Shown here in pieces: positions 1 to 12,600 of a DNA stretch of 64,000 nucleotides. Every line of letters starts with the position of its first letter. Within the stretch, counting starts at the first letter, position 1. The notes under the pieces were generated by a model. It was not told where the DNA came from. It did not search any database and saw only the letters and a list, made by a program, of their open reading frames with translations. A program made the translations under genes and the position numbers. The stretch comes from Octopus vulgaris (taxonomy: Eukaryota), in contig OX597819.1 of assembly GCA_951406725.2 (NCBI GenBank), positions 126,914,001-126,978,000 of the forward strand, written 5' to 3'.

Positions 1-711
1 GATTTTAATAATTAAAAGTACCGATGGAGTGGTCAATCGAACTGCTAGAAATAGCGAATAAAATCACAATTAAATCATAGGATAGGATGTAGAAAATAAA
101 AACTTGTTAAAATCAGGAAAAGCATACTGCATAATGAAGTTTGATATAAATTTTCTGTAAAGATAGGAACGTTACAGCTACAGTGCCATTTGGAAGATAA
201 AAACCTGAATATTAATTTTGAAAACGAAGTATTTACAGTATCTATTTTGATGCTAATATACTCAATATTTTCCTATTGGTAAAACTGCAATAAACTATTT
301 GTGTAATAATATACATATTTACATGAAGAAGCAATAAAAAAAACGCAAAAAAGTATGTGGTAAAAAGAAACCCAGAATAAAAGGATTAAGTTTTGATATT
401 CTGTATAAGTGCAACATACTTATGTCTTTTACGCGCTATACATCACCCGATAGAACTGACATTGATATATAACACAAGAAACTAAGGGTCTAACAATAAT
501 AGTAATAAAACAAAAGAAAAAAATAGGAAAAATGAAACTAAACAATAATCGCAATAAAAAGTGCAAGGACTCACATATATGTGTATGTATGTATGTATGT
601 GTGTGTGTATATATATATGCATATGATATAGCTATATGTATAATGTGTTTACGCGTATCTGTGCGTGTGAGTGCTTGTGTGTGCATATCTATGCGGGTAT
701 GTGTATATTAT

Positions 712-752
<41 letters not shown>

Positions 753-3700
753 TAAATAGAGAGGGTCAAAAACAGAAAAAGCGAGATATGTTTACATATC
801 TATAAAGATATGGGAATATATGTGTACATCAGTATATGTATGTGTGTCTGTGTGTGTGTGTGTGTATGAATGTATGTATAAATGGCTGTAAAATATTATA
901 TACCTCTGCGATTCCAAGTTTTTCATAGGCAGTTCCTTGTTTTGTAACGCAACATTAATCCTCAGTGTAAACTGGTTACTTGTATATTAAATGGCTTCTT
1001 TATTAATGATTGCTTAAAAGGAAAAAAAAAAAGTAAGCAGCCATATGTCTGCTATGCAATGGAAGTAACGTATGTGCATACATCCACTCACACACACACA
1101 CACACACAAACATGTTTAGCTTTATATAGCTATAAAAATCGCGTAAACATGTCACTGTATTCAGGTATTTATTCTTTCAATAAGACAATAGCTATCTCGC
1201 AGTTTCAGCTATTCAGACCTGTGTTTTAATACCAGAATAACTAAATGAAAAATATGTTGATTTAAATGACAGAAGTCAGATATTGACAGAAAGTTAGAAA
1301 ATTTGGTTGTGTTAGCTATATTTATTCTTATAATTTATCGTAACTTGTTAGTTACTGAAGAAATGACATACATTTCTGTATTATATCTAAATCTTACAGA
1401 ATGTAAAGTTCATACATACATACACACATACATACATACATCATACATACATACATTTATTATTATTATTAATTCCGTCGACTTTGCCTTTCATACTTTC
1501 TGTGTCGATGAAATAAGTACCAGTTACGCACTGGAGTCGATGTAATCGACTAGACCCCTTCCCCCAAAAGAAATAATAATAATAGTAATACTAATAATAA
1601 TAATAATAATAATTATTATTATTATTATTATTATTATTATTTGCTGCTGCGTTTCTGAATTTATGCGGAAGGATGCAGTTGTTAAGTTCTCTAAAAGAAT
1701 TGAATGTTAATTATATCTATATTCCCCGTCGAAATTATGGACATTAATTCTATATCACAACGTTATGCAATAGGTTAATTTTTCATGAGAGCGAACCCTT
1801 TACTTTATATATATATATATATATAAGGCTTTAAACCTACTAAGTCTTAGGTCATCTCAAGTTACACCAATTATTACATCGTTAGGTATTATATTATGTC
1901 AGAAAAGGAATATTATAGTTCTACTTCGGTTCTCATTCAGTCGACTTCAGCATTCACTATTTTCAGTGTCAAATTGTTTTGATCTGTCTTTTTCTCTTTT
2001 GTCATAAGAAAAAGAAACAAACAAACAAAAAACAAAAAAAAAAAGGATAATCGGAAAATAACCAAGGCTATCTGCTATCAACGATGTCTAATATCATGAA
2101 GCAGATTTGGTGTCAAATCATTTATCTGCCCCCCCCCCCCAGTTTCTGTCAAGTTAATCGATCTCTGAACTATGACAACATTAATTTTTGATATCTTCTA
2201 ATTCATTTATCATTTTGTGATTGAAATATAATTTACTAAACATCTTTCTATTGTCTGATATAATGATGTGTCTTTCTAGTGTCATCAGATAAATATGTCA
2301 TGTCAGCTTGCATTTTGTCCGAGCATATAGCATATGTTCGACGACAATCCCATCAAAACGTTTTGGTTAATGCTTTATACAACGGTCACCAATTCTCATG
2401 AGACCTGCGCCGTTCAGTTCAGAGCAGCAATTGGTCACGCAGTTTCGGAAAACTCCAGATTTTGTGATTTGATAGGAGTAAAATGGAAAGATTTGTCTCT
2501 AGGGCCACTTTCATCCAACTGCTTTATTTGCTTGATGTCTGACAGCATTGCGCATGGAATTTTTTCTGCAAACAGATTAATAAGCTTATATTACACGTCT
2601 CTGAACAAATGAGACGTTTAAACTACATAACAACAAACAATTCTGATCAATTTCAAACGTTTCCAAATAAAGAGCTATGAAAAGACATTATTATCACTGA
2701 TTATAGACATATCCCCCTCCTCCTCCTCATCATTATCATTATTATTATTATTAAAGCTGCGAGCTGGTAGGGTCGATATAATCAACTAGCCGCTCCGCTA
2801 AAAAAATTTCAGGACTTGTGCTTATAATAGAATGGATTATTACTTGGATTGACAAAATTATTAAAAGTAGATAAAATGTTTAGTGATATTTCTTGCGGCT
2901 CTTTATCATCTAAGTTTTAATAAACGTAGCTATTAATTTTTGTGATGTTGATAAAGCATATTAACTAGCCAAGCACTAGAGTCGACATAATCAGTAGACC
3001 TCCTACCTGCACAAATTTCTAGCGTTGTGCTTCTTCAAAAAAATATCATCATTCTTATTTCTTCATAAATTACAAATGTCAAAATCGATAAAGCATACAC
3101 AAAACCTGTTACACAATAATTTCAAATACCGTAGGGGTTAAAATTTCTTGGTTTTTTTTATCCACCTACTGTTGGCAAAATAAGTGTCAAATACTGGAAT
3201 CAGCCAATGATCCATAATACACTTTCTCAAAATGACACTTTTTCAAAATGTGTACCCTTTTGGCAAATTCTAAAATAAATTTCTGTTTGTTCCTTAAATC
3301 ATTTGACACATGTTGGAATGTTAAATTTTAAATGGCCTTAACGATGGAAAAATCGAAGACATGTATTTATAAATCCTGATAGGATTTTCAAAATTCATAA
3401 TACCTAGAATGATCATATGTTCCGCTTGTAATTATCATAGTTGTCAAAATTTGTAAGGCACACGTGTAATAAAATATGAACCAGTCAAGAACTCGCGTTG
3501 ATTATACCGCCAAATTCATTACTACCAAATTGTTTACCTTATTTGAGCTTCAAAATGATTAACCCTTATTATCAATGCAATATTGGGAAGTCGTAGAATC
3601 GATACATTTCCAGTGTAAATATCTTTCAGTCAAGTTGGGTCACTCTCCTTTGAGTATTCCAATTCCTTCATCGGAATGTATTGTTTATTTGTATTTGATG

Positions 3701-3829
3701 CCTTTATTTCTTTTTAATAGCTAATTCAATAACTAAATTCATGAATTAAATATTTTCTTGAATTACTGCAAATTAGATACAACTCAAGAATTGAAATTCT
3801 AATGTTCTTTTTCGATTTTATCTTTTCAG

Positions 3830-3916
3830 CAAATGACTATGCCAATAATTACGGTGCTGCCCCAGCGTACGGCTCCTACTCGTATAGCGAACCATGGGTC
3901 AGATATCCTATTAACA
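3830..3916 (+). CDS. Pax2/5/8: Penultimate coding exon of a Pax2/5/8-type transcription factor (C-terminal region)
   Basis: Acceptor tcttttcag and donor gtaagt enclose an 87-nt phase-1/1 exon reading NDYANNYGAAPAYGSYSYSEPWVRYPIN. This resembles the Pax2/5/8 C-terminal Y..Y.E.W.R segment and joins in frame to the next exon. The paired box is not in the window. Confidence 0.8.
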
Positions 3917-4457
3917 GTAAGTATATTTTATTTCTAATTGCTTTTATTACGTAAAATTTCCGCTCCTCACCCAGCTTTGTTAGCACAACAGAAATAACAT
4001 TCTACTTTTTTTGTCGAGTGTAAAATCTCTATGCTAACAGAATATGGATTTGGAAGTTGGAATGAACATACTTTTCTCAAAGATAATAACCATTTATTAA
4101 AGAGAAGCAGTACGCTGGGTATCAGTCTTCTAGAATATACTTAGGTCAATAAAAGCTTTATGATGCGATTTGGTGAACAAAACTAAGAGACGTCATGAGC
4201 GCGCGTATTATGTAGGTATGCATGCGTGTGTGTTTCTCATTGTCTTAACATCATACGAAAAATGTAAACACGAGTTCCTGTTCCACAAGTGGTGCTGTAT
4301 CTTACATGAAAACATCTCCAACCATAATAAAATATTACCGTGAGAGGGTAAAGACAGTTATTGTAGAAAATCTAGCTCAACAAACTCCATATGATTCACG
4401 CAAGCATGGGAAACTGGATGTTAAAAAGATACTGCTGCTGATATTGATGAAAAGGAA

Positions 4458-4689
4458 GGCGGCGAGCTGGCAGAAACGTTAACGCGCTAGGCGAAATGCT
4501 TAGCGGTATTTCGTCTGCCGTTACGTTCTGAGTTCAAATTCCGCCGAGGTCGACTTTGCCTTTCATCCCTTCGGGGTCGATTAAATAAGTACCAGTTACG
4601 CACTGGGGTCGATGTAATCGACTTAATCCGTTTGTCTGTCTCTGTTTGTCCCCTCTGTGTTTAGCCCCTTGTGGGTAGTAAAGAAATAG
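4458..4689 (+). mobile_element. tRNA-derived SINE, family A (full length)
   Basis: Head ggcggcgagctggcagaa, B-box gagttcaaattcc, central gcctttcatcc..ggggtcgat..aagtaccag domain, tail agccccttgtgggtagtaaagaaa; many near-identical copies in the window. Confidence 0.9.
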
Positions 4690-5160
4690 GTATGTGTGTC
4701 TGCGGAGTGCTCAACCACTTGATCGATAATTTCACGAGCAGGCTGTTCCGTCAATCGGATTAGGCCCCATGTTCTGTCACTCACCACAAAAACAGAAAAA
4801 TGATATTGAAGTAAAATAAGCTATTCGGGCGTCCGCAATAGTTATTTTCCAGTTAAACAGTCACACCCTCTTAAAATCTATTACATACACAAGTAACAAG
4901 TTATTCCAGTGAGGAAAAACGCCGCAAGTAGCTGAAACAACGATTGGCTGTTGGAAGACATGGCTCTTTACTCTCAGGAAGATAAGAAAGAGTTGAATAG
5001 TAGGTCTTCAAAAGAGAATCTTGTTCATGCTTTGTTGATATCTTATAAAAGGCCACCGTCAGTGACGTTACAAAAGTGATTAGCTGTCTTTTCATTCTTA
5101 TGTTAGAAAAGAGTTTATATACGTCACTAGTTACACAAACGCACAAACATTCATATATAT

Positions 5161-5178
5161 TCGGATTGACGGCGTGTA

Positions 5179-5181
<3 letters not shown>
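5161..5181 (+). promoter_or_regulatory. Intronic 21-nt perfect complement of exon 5762-5782 (candidate editing complementary sequence)
   Basis: tcggattgacggcgtgtaata is the exact reverse complement of tattacacgccgtcaatccga in the last exon. Confidence 0.6.
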
Positions 5182-5213
<32 letters not shown>

Positions 5214-5556
5214 TATATATATATACACACACACACACATATATATATACACACACACACATATGTATATATACACACACACATATATATATACACACAC
5301 ACATATATATATACACACACACACATATGTATATATACACACACACATATATATATACACACACACACATATATATATATACACACACACATATATATAT
5401 ATATACACACACATATATATATACACACACACATATATATATACACACACACATATATATATACACACACACATATATATATACACACACACATATATAT
5501 ATATGCACACACATATATATATATACACACACACATATATATACACACACATATAT
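5182..5556. repeat. Compound (AT)n(AC)n minisatellite, period about 20 bp
   Basis: Repeated atatatatatacacacacac units. Confidence 0.95.
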
Positions 5557-5750
5557 GTGTCAATGTTTACATGTCTGTATTAGCGTTGCTTCATGATCCT
5601 TATAGAAGTAGTATTTTTCAGGAACACTATTGCTATATTCTTAATACAAAGTCTATAAAAATCGAGTCATTTTTATTCTTGTTTGCGTATATTCAATATA
5701 ATTTAATATAATTTTTATATAATATTTCTCTCGCTTGTTTTTAATTTTAG

Positions 5751-5827
5751 ATTCGCCGTACTATTACACGCCGTCAATCCGACCTGGTGATCCGGTAAGC
5801 TCCGTGGCCAGTTCATCGAAGACGTAA
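5751..5827 (+). CDS. Pax2/5/8: Last coding exon of the Pax2/5/8-type gene
   Basis: Acceptor ttaattttag; in frame with the previous exon it reads (N)SPYYYTPSIRPGDPVSSVASSSKT-stop (TAA 5825-5827). SPYYY is the conserved Pax2/5/8 C-terminal motif. Confidence 0.82.
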
Positions 5828-6367
5828 AGAAATTGTTCGTTTATTGCTTGAAATATTTAAAGTAACTCTACAGTCTCCTCTCCAGAAATAACATGTTGTT
5901 CTACTGAAGTCTCTTTTGATGGTTTTTGACCAAGTTCCAATATTTTGACGAATCCCGAGGTCCTATTTTCTGTTATTATAAAGTTAAAAACAAACAAGAA
6001 TATTTTTAATAGTTTGAATGAATGAAAACAATAAAAAAAAAAGAAAATACAAAATAAACAATCTAAATCATAATAATTACAATACTCTGGATTGTCTGAA
6101 AATGGAAGAAATATAAAAATGAACAACGATGATAATAACAGCGACAACCTATTATATTTTCTTTAATTATCGGAAAAAATGCAACATTATTACGACAGCG
6201 TTAATTGCTAAAAATGAACGCCATATCAGATTTGATTTCAATAAAATCTTGATATTAATAAACTAAGCAAAATATTGAAAAGAACTGAATTCTGAATATT
6301 CAACATTTCCATGCAAATCTATATAAGCTATGTGGGAAGGGTAAATTGGACAAATTATGTATATATG

Positions 6368-6403
<36 letters not shown>

Positions 6404-7650
6404 TAATATAACGAAGCCTATTCATTCAGCCAGTCAAATTATTGCATTTAACATTCGTTAGTAGTCATTTCCAGTCTACAGCTATCATCTCAAAACAAAA
6501 ACGTTCTTGACTCCGGCAGCGAAAGTCTGAACAAAAATCATATATAGGAATATATAAACAGTAAATCCATTTGTTTTGCTTCGTTATTTTTTCACCCTTC
6601 TACATTGTATTATTTTACGATTCTTTTTCTTTTGTTTGTTTTTTTTTTCTAAATTTACCTCACCACTGATTTTTTCTTTTATCTAATCGGTTGTACTTAT
6701 TTGATTGCTGTATGTAAATGATGATGATGATGATAGTAATAATAATGATAATAGTGCAAACAAAATAAATCGGACCTAGGACATTCCAGATAACAACAAT
6801 TCAATGCAATAAAAAAAATATATAAAATAGATTGGTGACACCATCTGGAAAGCTAAAATGAAATTTGCTCGAAAGAGAGAGACGAACGAAAGAAGAGAAT
6901 TGTCAGCAAAATATTGCCATCGTCATTGCTGCTTGTTTATTACAGACCAGATGTAGGAAACAATCGCTTAATGACGATGTGGAAAAGGAGGAAGAGGCGG
7001 AAAAGAAAGCAACAATAACCCTGTAAACTGCTGCAGCAGATATTTCAAAGGGGAGTTGAACAAAAGGGACCGAAGTATGAGAAAGCAGGGGCATAAATAT
7101 TAGGGTTACATTTAAGAATGCTTCTAAAATGGCTGACCAAATTCATGGCATAAGGACACAATGATTTTAATTTTTATTACGTACTTGTTATGTAACGTCT
7201 TCGAACCAAAAGGAAGAAAAGGAAGAAAGAAAAAACATGTGTATATTATAGGAAGGAAGACATAACGATATCATTGAAAATGAAAGGAAGAAAAGAGAAT
7301 ATTTTGAGGCTCAAGATATTCGTGGAACAAAAATATAACAAAAACTTCGAAGATTTTCGTAGACCAAGTATTTTAATTTCTTTTTATTGTAAAAAAAATT
7401 GGAAAAATAACATTATAAAACCCCATCAAAATCAAACACACAACCACAACAATTAAATAAAACAACATGCATTAAAAATTTAAATAAACTTATATTAAGA
7501 AGAAAAATAACTGTGAAGAATGAGGAAGAAATCTATGTGAAAAATACATTCATAATATTTTTATTTTATTTTCTGTTCTTCCGATGAAATGTGAAAAAAA
7601 TAAGCTAAAACAAAATCTATTGAAACTGAAAAATTATGACATAATCAACC
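5828..7650 (+). other. Probable long AT-rich 3' UTR of the Pax2/5/8 gene (end uncertain)
   Basis: Follows the stop codon, lacks recognisable TEs and contains several AATAAA hexamers; the true poly(A) site cannot be fixed from sequence alone. Confidence 0.35.
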
Positions 7651-9149
7651 TTTATTAGATTGTTTACTTGACCAATAATCCTTGGACGATGAATCCCTCC
7701 ACTGCTGCAAGTATAGTGGGATGACAAATGATTCTGGTTGAAGCGTAAATATTACTTGGTGAATGTTATAGGGCCAACGGGTGTTTCAGTAGTGGAAATG
7801 TCTGCTCTTTTTCTGTTTTTCCAAATATAAGAAAAACTATAAAAGATTTTTTTTTTTTTTTTAAGTCACACATAAACTTAATTTCTGATTTGTTAAATAA
7901 GATGTATTGAATATTAAGATCAATCCTTAGGGAAAATGAGACATTAAATATGTAAGCTGTGAAGTTTGTATCATTAGTAAATTAAAAAAAAAAAAGCTGA
8001 CGACGAGATGGATTTGCGAATCATTTTCGTTTCATTGTCTACGTTCAAGCCATAATACTCAACGAGACTCCTTGCCTACCCCGTCGGGAATGGCATAAAC
8101 ATCAAAACATCCGTTTTCTCGTCTTTACAAATCTGAATGAGGTTTTGAGCCTAGTCAAATTTAATATTTATCTCTTACCTTCTCGTAAATTAATGATAAT
8201 TTTATATACATTATTTTAAATATTTTCATTTATTTAAAAAATATGTTCGTACCTTGAGATAAGATACGATAAATATTGAAAAGTAAATTTATGAAATAAT
8301 GCATATTCGAACAATGAAACTGGGAGACATTTATTTTCGGTATTTATTAGCTGCACTTTCAGATGAATTTATGATTATGTGCATTTATTTCTTGTTTTAA
8401 ACATTCATTTAGTTATTTTGTATTTTCTTCCTAGCATATGTTTGACAGAAGGTTTGGTAATTATCTTAGATCATAATTCTTCAGCAATTTATTTTAAAAA
8501 GATTCCTTATTTTAATTACAAATTAATAACTGGGAGCGGCGCCTATGATTTTTTCTGTTAAAAATTGCAATTCTTATTCTTTTCTTTAATCCTTTCTCTC
8601 AACGTCCATACATGAACCACCAAATCACTTAATACTTTTACTTTTAGCAGCCAAGGAAAGGACAGAAAGAAACGATAGTAAAAATTACATCCGTTTAATA
8701 ATTTCTGTTAGTTTCATTTAAATTAATTTTAAATCAAATAACTATAAACTCTTCACCCTGAACTGCAACGATATAAATTTCCTTATAAATTTGATGAAAA
8801 CATGTATGTTTATAAATCTAAAACCGGCTGCGCATCCGTTTGTTATTTTTTAATCCATTAATACAATGATTAGTGACTATGTAAGAATAAGCACACGCAG
8901 ACACACACACAAACACACACACGTGTTTTTCTGTAAAAGTATTTCTGAAAAAGGAAACAAAACAAAACAACAACAAAAAAACAATTCAATATTAAACTGA
9001 AAGAATAATTCATACTTTTAGTTGAATATATATTTATGAAACTTTTACTAGTATAAGCTTGACGGTGACTCCGAAGTTTTGACCTGCCTGCCTTCGTCAA
9101 ACTTTCAGACTTAAACGATTTGTGAAAATTGGAATGTGTGATATATATA

Positions 9150-9658
9150 TATATATTTGAGTAGAAAAATGAAATATCTTTTTATGGATAATTCGTTTAA
9201 CCGATACCTGGGTAGCAAATTCACATCAGAAATAACACGGTTGAAGTTACGTGCCTAGGGCAGAGACTACGTGTTTTCGTGTGGAAATTTGTGTGTATTT
9301 TTATAAAATTTATGAATAAATGAAAGAATGGAGTTGAACGACAAATTAACAAATTTCCTTTATTTTCGACATATGTTTCGAAGGCTGCATATTCCTAATT
9401 GTGAAGGAATAAGGAGTACATTATGCCGTTTTCTCATCAGGAAAAACAAGGAATTTATGTCAACATCAAGATTCACAAAAAACTTTTAGATGACTGCTCT
9501 CACGGAGCGCATAGCGATGTTGACATAAATTCCTTGTTTTTCCTGATGAGAAAGCGGCATAATGTACTCCTTATTCCTTCACAATTAGGAATATGCAGCC
9601 TTCGAAACATATGTCGAAAATAAAGGAAATTTGTTAATTTGTCGTTCAACTCCATTCT

Positions 9659-9665
<7 letters not shown>
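9150..9665. mobile_element. Non-coding Penelope-like/retrozyme-like element with inverted duplication (HHR family i)
   Basis: Arms 9323-9467 and 9516-9660 are inverted copies; same family as 34969-35550; bounded by (TA)n; HHR on both strands. Confidence 0.75.
9530..9628 (+). ncRNA. Type I hammerhead ribozyme motif (mirror copy on - strand at 9355-9453)
   Basis: ttttc-CTGATGA(9543)-stem II ..gcata/tatgc..-GAAA(9604)-palindromic stem III catatg-TC-gaaaa; cleavage triplet GUC; stem I extends past an internal loop (ttcctt/aaggaa). Confidence 0.8.
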
Positions 9666-9690
<25 letters not shown>

Positions 9691-12600
9691 GGCAGCGTGT
9701 CTAAACGTAAAGAAGCTTTAGTTTAAAAACTTCTAACTAAGTCCAGATCAAGGTAAACCATGAACTCAGCACATGGCAAATCGTAATTATGACTCAGCTT
9801 TTTCACCTGTTTGAAGTAGGCCCACTTACGGTGATAGTATCAATAAACAAGATCTCTTGGCGGCTGCACAGCCTGCTAGGATTCAAGAGATCCCACATTG
9901 TATAATGCCTAAGACGGGTCAAGATACACCATGTCTGAATAAAGAGAAGATGGTCACTGATAAAACGTCTCTGAGCGCTGGCCCGCTTGATTAGGGATAA
10001 TATGAGGTTAACCAATAATTATAACATGATCTTGAGAGCAGTGTGGACGTTACACCTTCCAATATGATATATGGTTATTGTAAATTATTAAAAGAACCCA
10101 TATCTTGAATGGATTCGATTTTTTTAAATAAGCAAATAAACAAAAGTTTTGTTTTGTATATTTTGAAACACATTTATCCAAATGTGAGACCTACGTTCAA
10201 GACGTCTGTTTAAATTTATCGCATCTTTTACATTCTCTCTTCTGTTATATTAACTAATTATAGCGATAATTTACAATATTTAAAATCAGACTTTTAAAAA
10301 TTAACTCATATTTATATATGACATACAACGTTGAAGGCTTTTCAAAGTCAGTTTAAGGCAGTCTTACGACCTGAAAAGACTTACCTGAGAAATTGCTGTG
10401 ACGTAAACAAATTCCACATTGAACAGATTGTACATAGATGAGATGAAATTGTTGAAAAAAACCAACTTAAAAAATAAGGAGAAATGAATATATATGGAAA
10501 CTCGTTTATTACTTTCCTAAGGGTTTTAGTGATAAATGGTTAATTGAATCTTCTTTCAGAACGAGTTGCTGTTTATATTCCTTGTTTTTCCAGGCCCGTT
10601 ATCCTTTCACCAAGTAAGATTGGGAGTAAAATTATAAAGATTTCACTCTGTATCTTCTATATTCAATTAAAAGTCTGCAAAAATAATTCATTCTCAAAAT
10701 CTAGGGAAAAAAATATCATGTAAAAATATTGTCATCGCCAGAAGATTCCACCGAATGGTTTGCAGGATAAATTTTAAGACTAAAAAAAATAATAATGTAT
10801 GAAAAAAAAAAAGGTTAATATATTAAGTGTTTAAACTTCTTGCATTATTGTATTGTTTCTTAATTGTTATTATTAAGAGAACAAACATCTACTGATCCGA
10901 ATTTCAGATGAGGTTTCAATAAGATCTATATTAAATTGGTTTTTCTCAAGCAAAACAATTGGAGGGATATTTTGTTGTTTTTTTCTGTTCGTTTTTATTA
11001 ATTTTTTTCTTTTTTTTTCTGCTTAATAAATCGGCTTATTTTCTTGGTGGGTGGGGGGAAATCGCACTGGAAATCATTTTGAATATTTTTGTTTTTCTTT
11101 TTAAATCATAAAGGTAGAATGTTATACACAAAATAAATAAATCAGCAACTAAGTTTTCGGTGTTCCTTTTTCATTTCTGTCTTATTTTATCACATTCAAA
11201 AATTTCTACATGATGTTCGTTTAATTTTCTCGTCTTAGTAGATTTCATTAAAATGTCTTCAAGACTGGGGACGTTAGTGTGAGAAGGGCGGGAGAAATCT
11301 CCGAATACTCAAACCGAAGATCTGGCCCGACTTCATGTTATAAAATAGTCTCCACAAAAGTTATACAAAGGCCATATAGTAATGATAAATCAAACAATGA
11401 CCTACGCCCATCGTCTACCAAATTCTGACAAACTTTGAAACACAGAAATATAATTTTACCCTGGGAATAGGCAAACGGTCGATAATGACCATTCTTTTCG
11501 TACGGGTTTCAAGATGGTTGACTTTCCTCATCTATTAAATGTTTTCTAAATGAAGGTTTATCTACCCATTTTCTGTGCTCATTTATATCGGAGAAGAGTT
11601 CTTTTAACGATATTTATCATTTCCTCTCATTAACCTCTGCAACTTCAAAATAATGTTTCAATCTCACTCGAAATTCCATTATGTTAGAGGTATATTACTT
11701 ATTCCTTTCTTGATATCGCAGACACTGTGAGTATACTCCCATGCCCCTCTCACAGGGCAGTGTATCCACCCCTGAGAGAGAGACACATACAGACATAGAG
11801 AGAGTAGGAAAGAGAAAAATTGGTCCCGTTATTCATTAATAGTTGGCCTCGGCGTGATTTGATCTTAGAACAAAGAATCATTATGATTAATATTGCAAGA
11901 TACTCTATGCGATGCTCTCTTGAATCTGCCAATTGATCGCCATTTTTCTCTCTTGTTTCTGTAATCTTTCAAAAACCATCTCCCATCTTTTATATGTATT
12001 TAGAACTGCATTATTCAATGGGTGCTTCCTTGTTTCATCTGTGGAATATTTGGTTGCTAAGTCTACAAGTTTATCGATCACTGTTTAAACTCAGAAATAT
12101 AAATGAAAGAAATGATAGTGCCACTATTGTCTATTTTACTACGTTAAATTAAACCTTAAGTTCAGATCATACTTTCCAGCATTCCTGAACTGAGAGGATT
12201 ACATTGTGTCTAAGGAAAAGAACTGTAAGATTTAAGAGAAGTTTTTAATTTGTGATTTTTTGTTTCTCGACCTGCACATAATACTAGACAACTTTCCTTC
12301 AAACCACACCCTACTCTCTTAAAAAGAATACGCTGGGTAGTGAAGTCCAGAACGCATCATTCGTTTTTATACTGCATAAATAAAGAGGGAAGACTCTCTT
12401 TTGAGGGCCTCTGAAATAGGTGGATGCAATAAGGGAAAATCACTATACCTAAGCTGGAGAGTTGGTTCCAATGCTCGCTAAAGACACTAAATACCAGATT
12501 AAGTTAGTCACACTGGTATCACCAGTGTTTGGGAAGACCTGGACTAAAAGCAATAACAATGACACATTGCATAATGTAGTCTAGGGTTTTACTTGTCCTA

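Noticed and set aside
2334-2612. 92-aa ORF as an additional Pax exon
   Set aside because: No Pax-like residues and no convincing splice donor or phase match to the 3830 exon.
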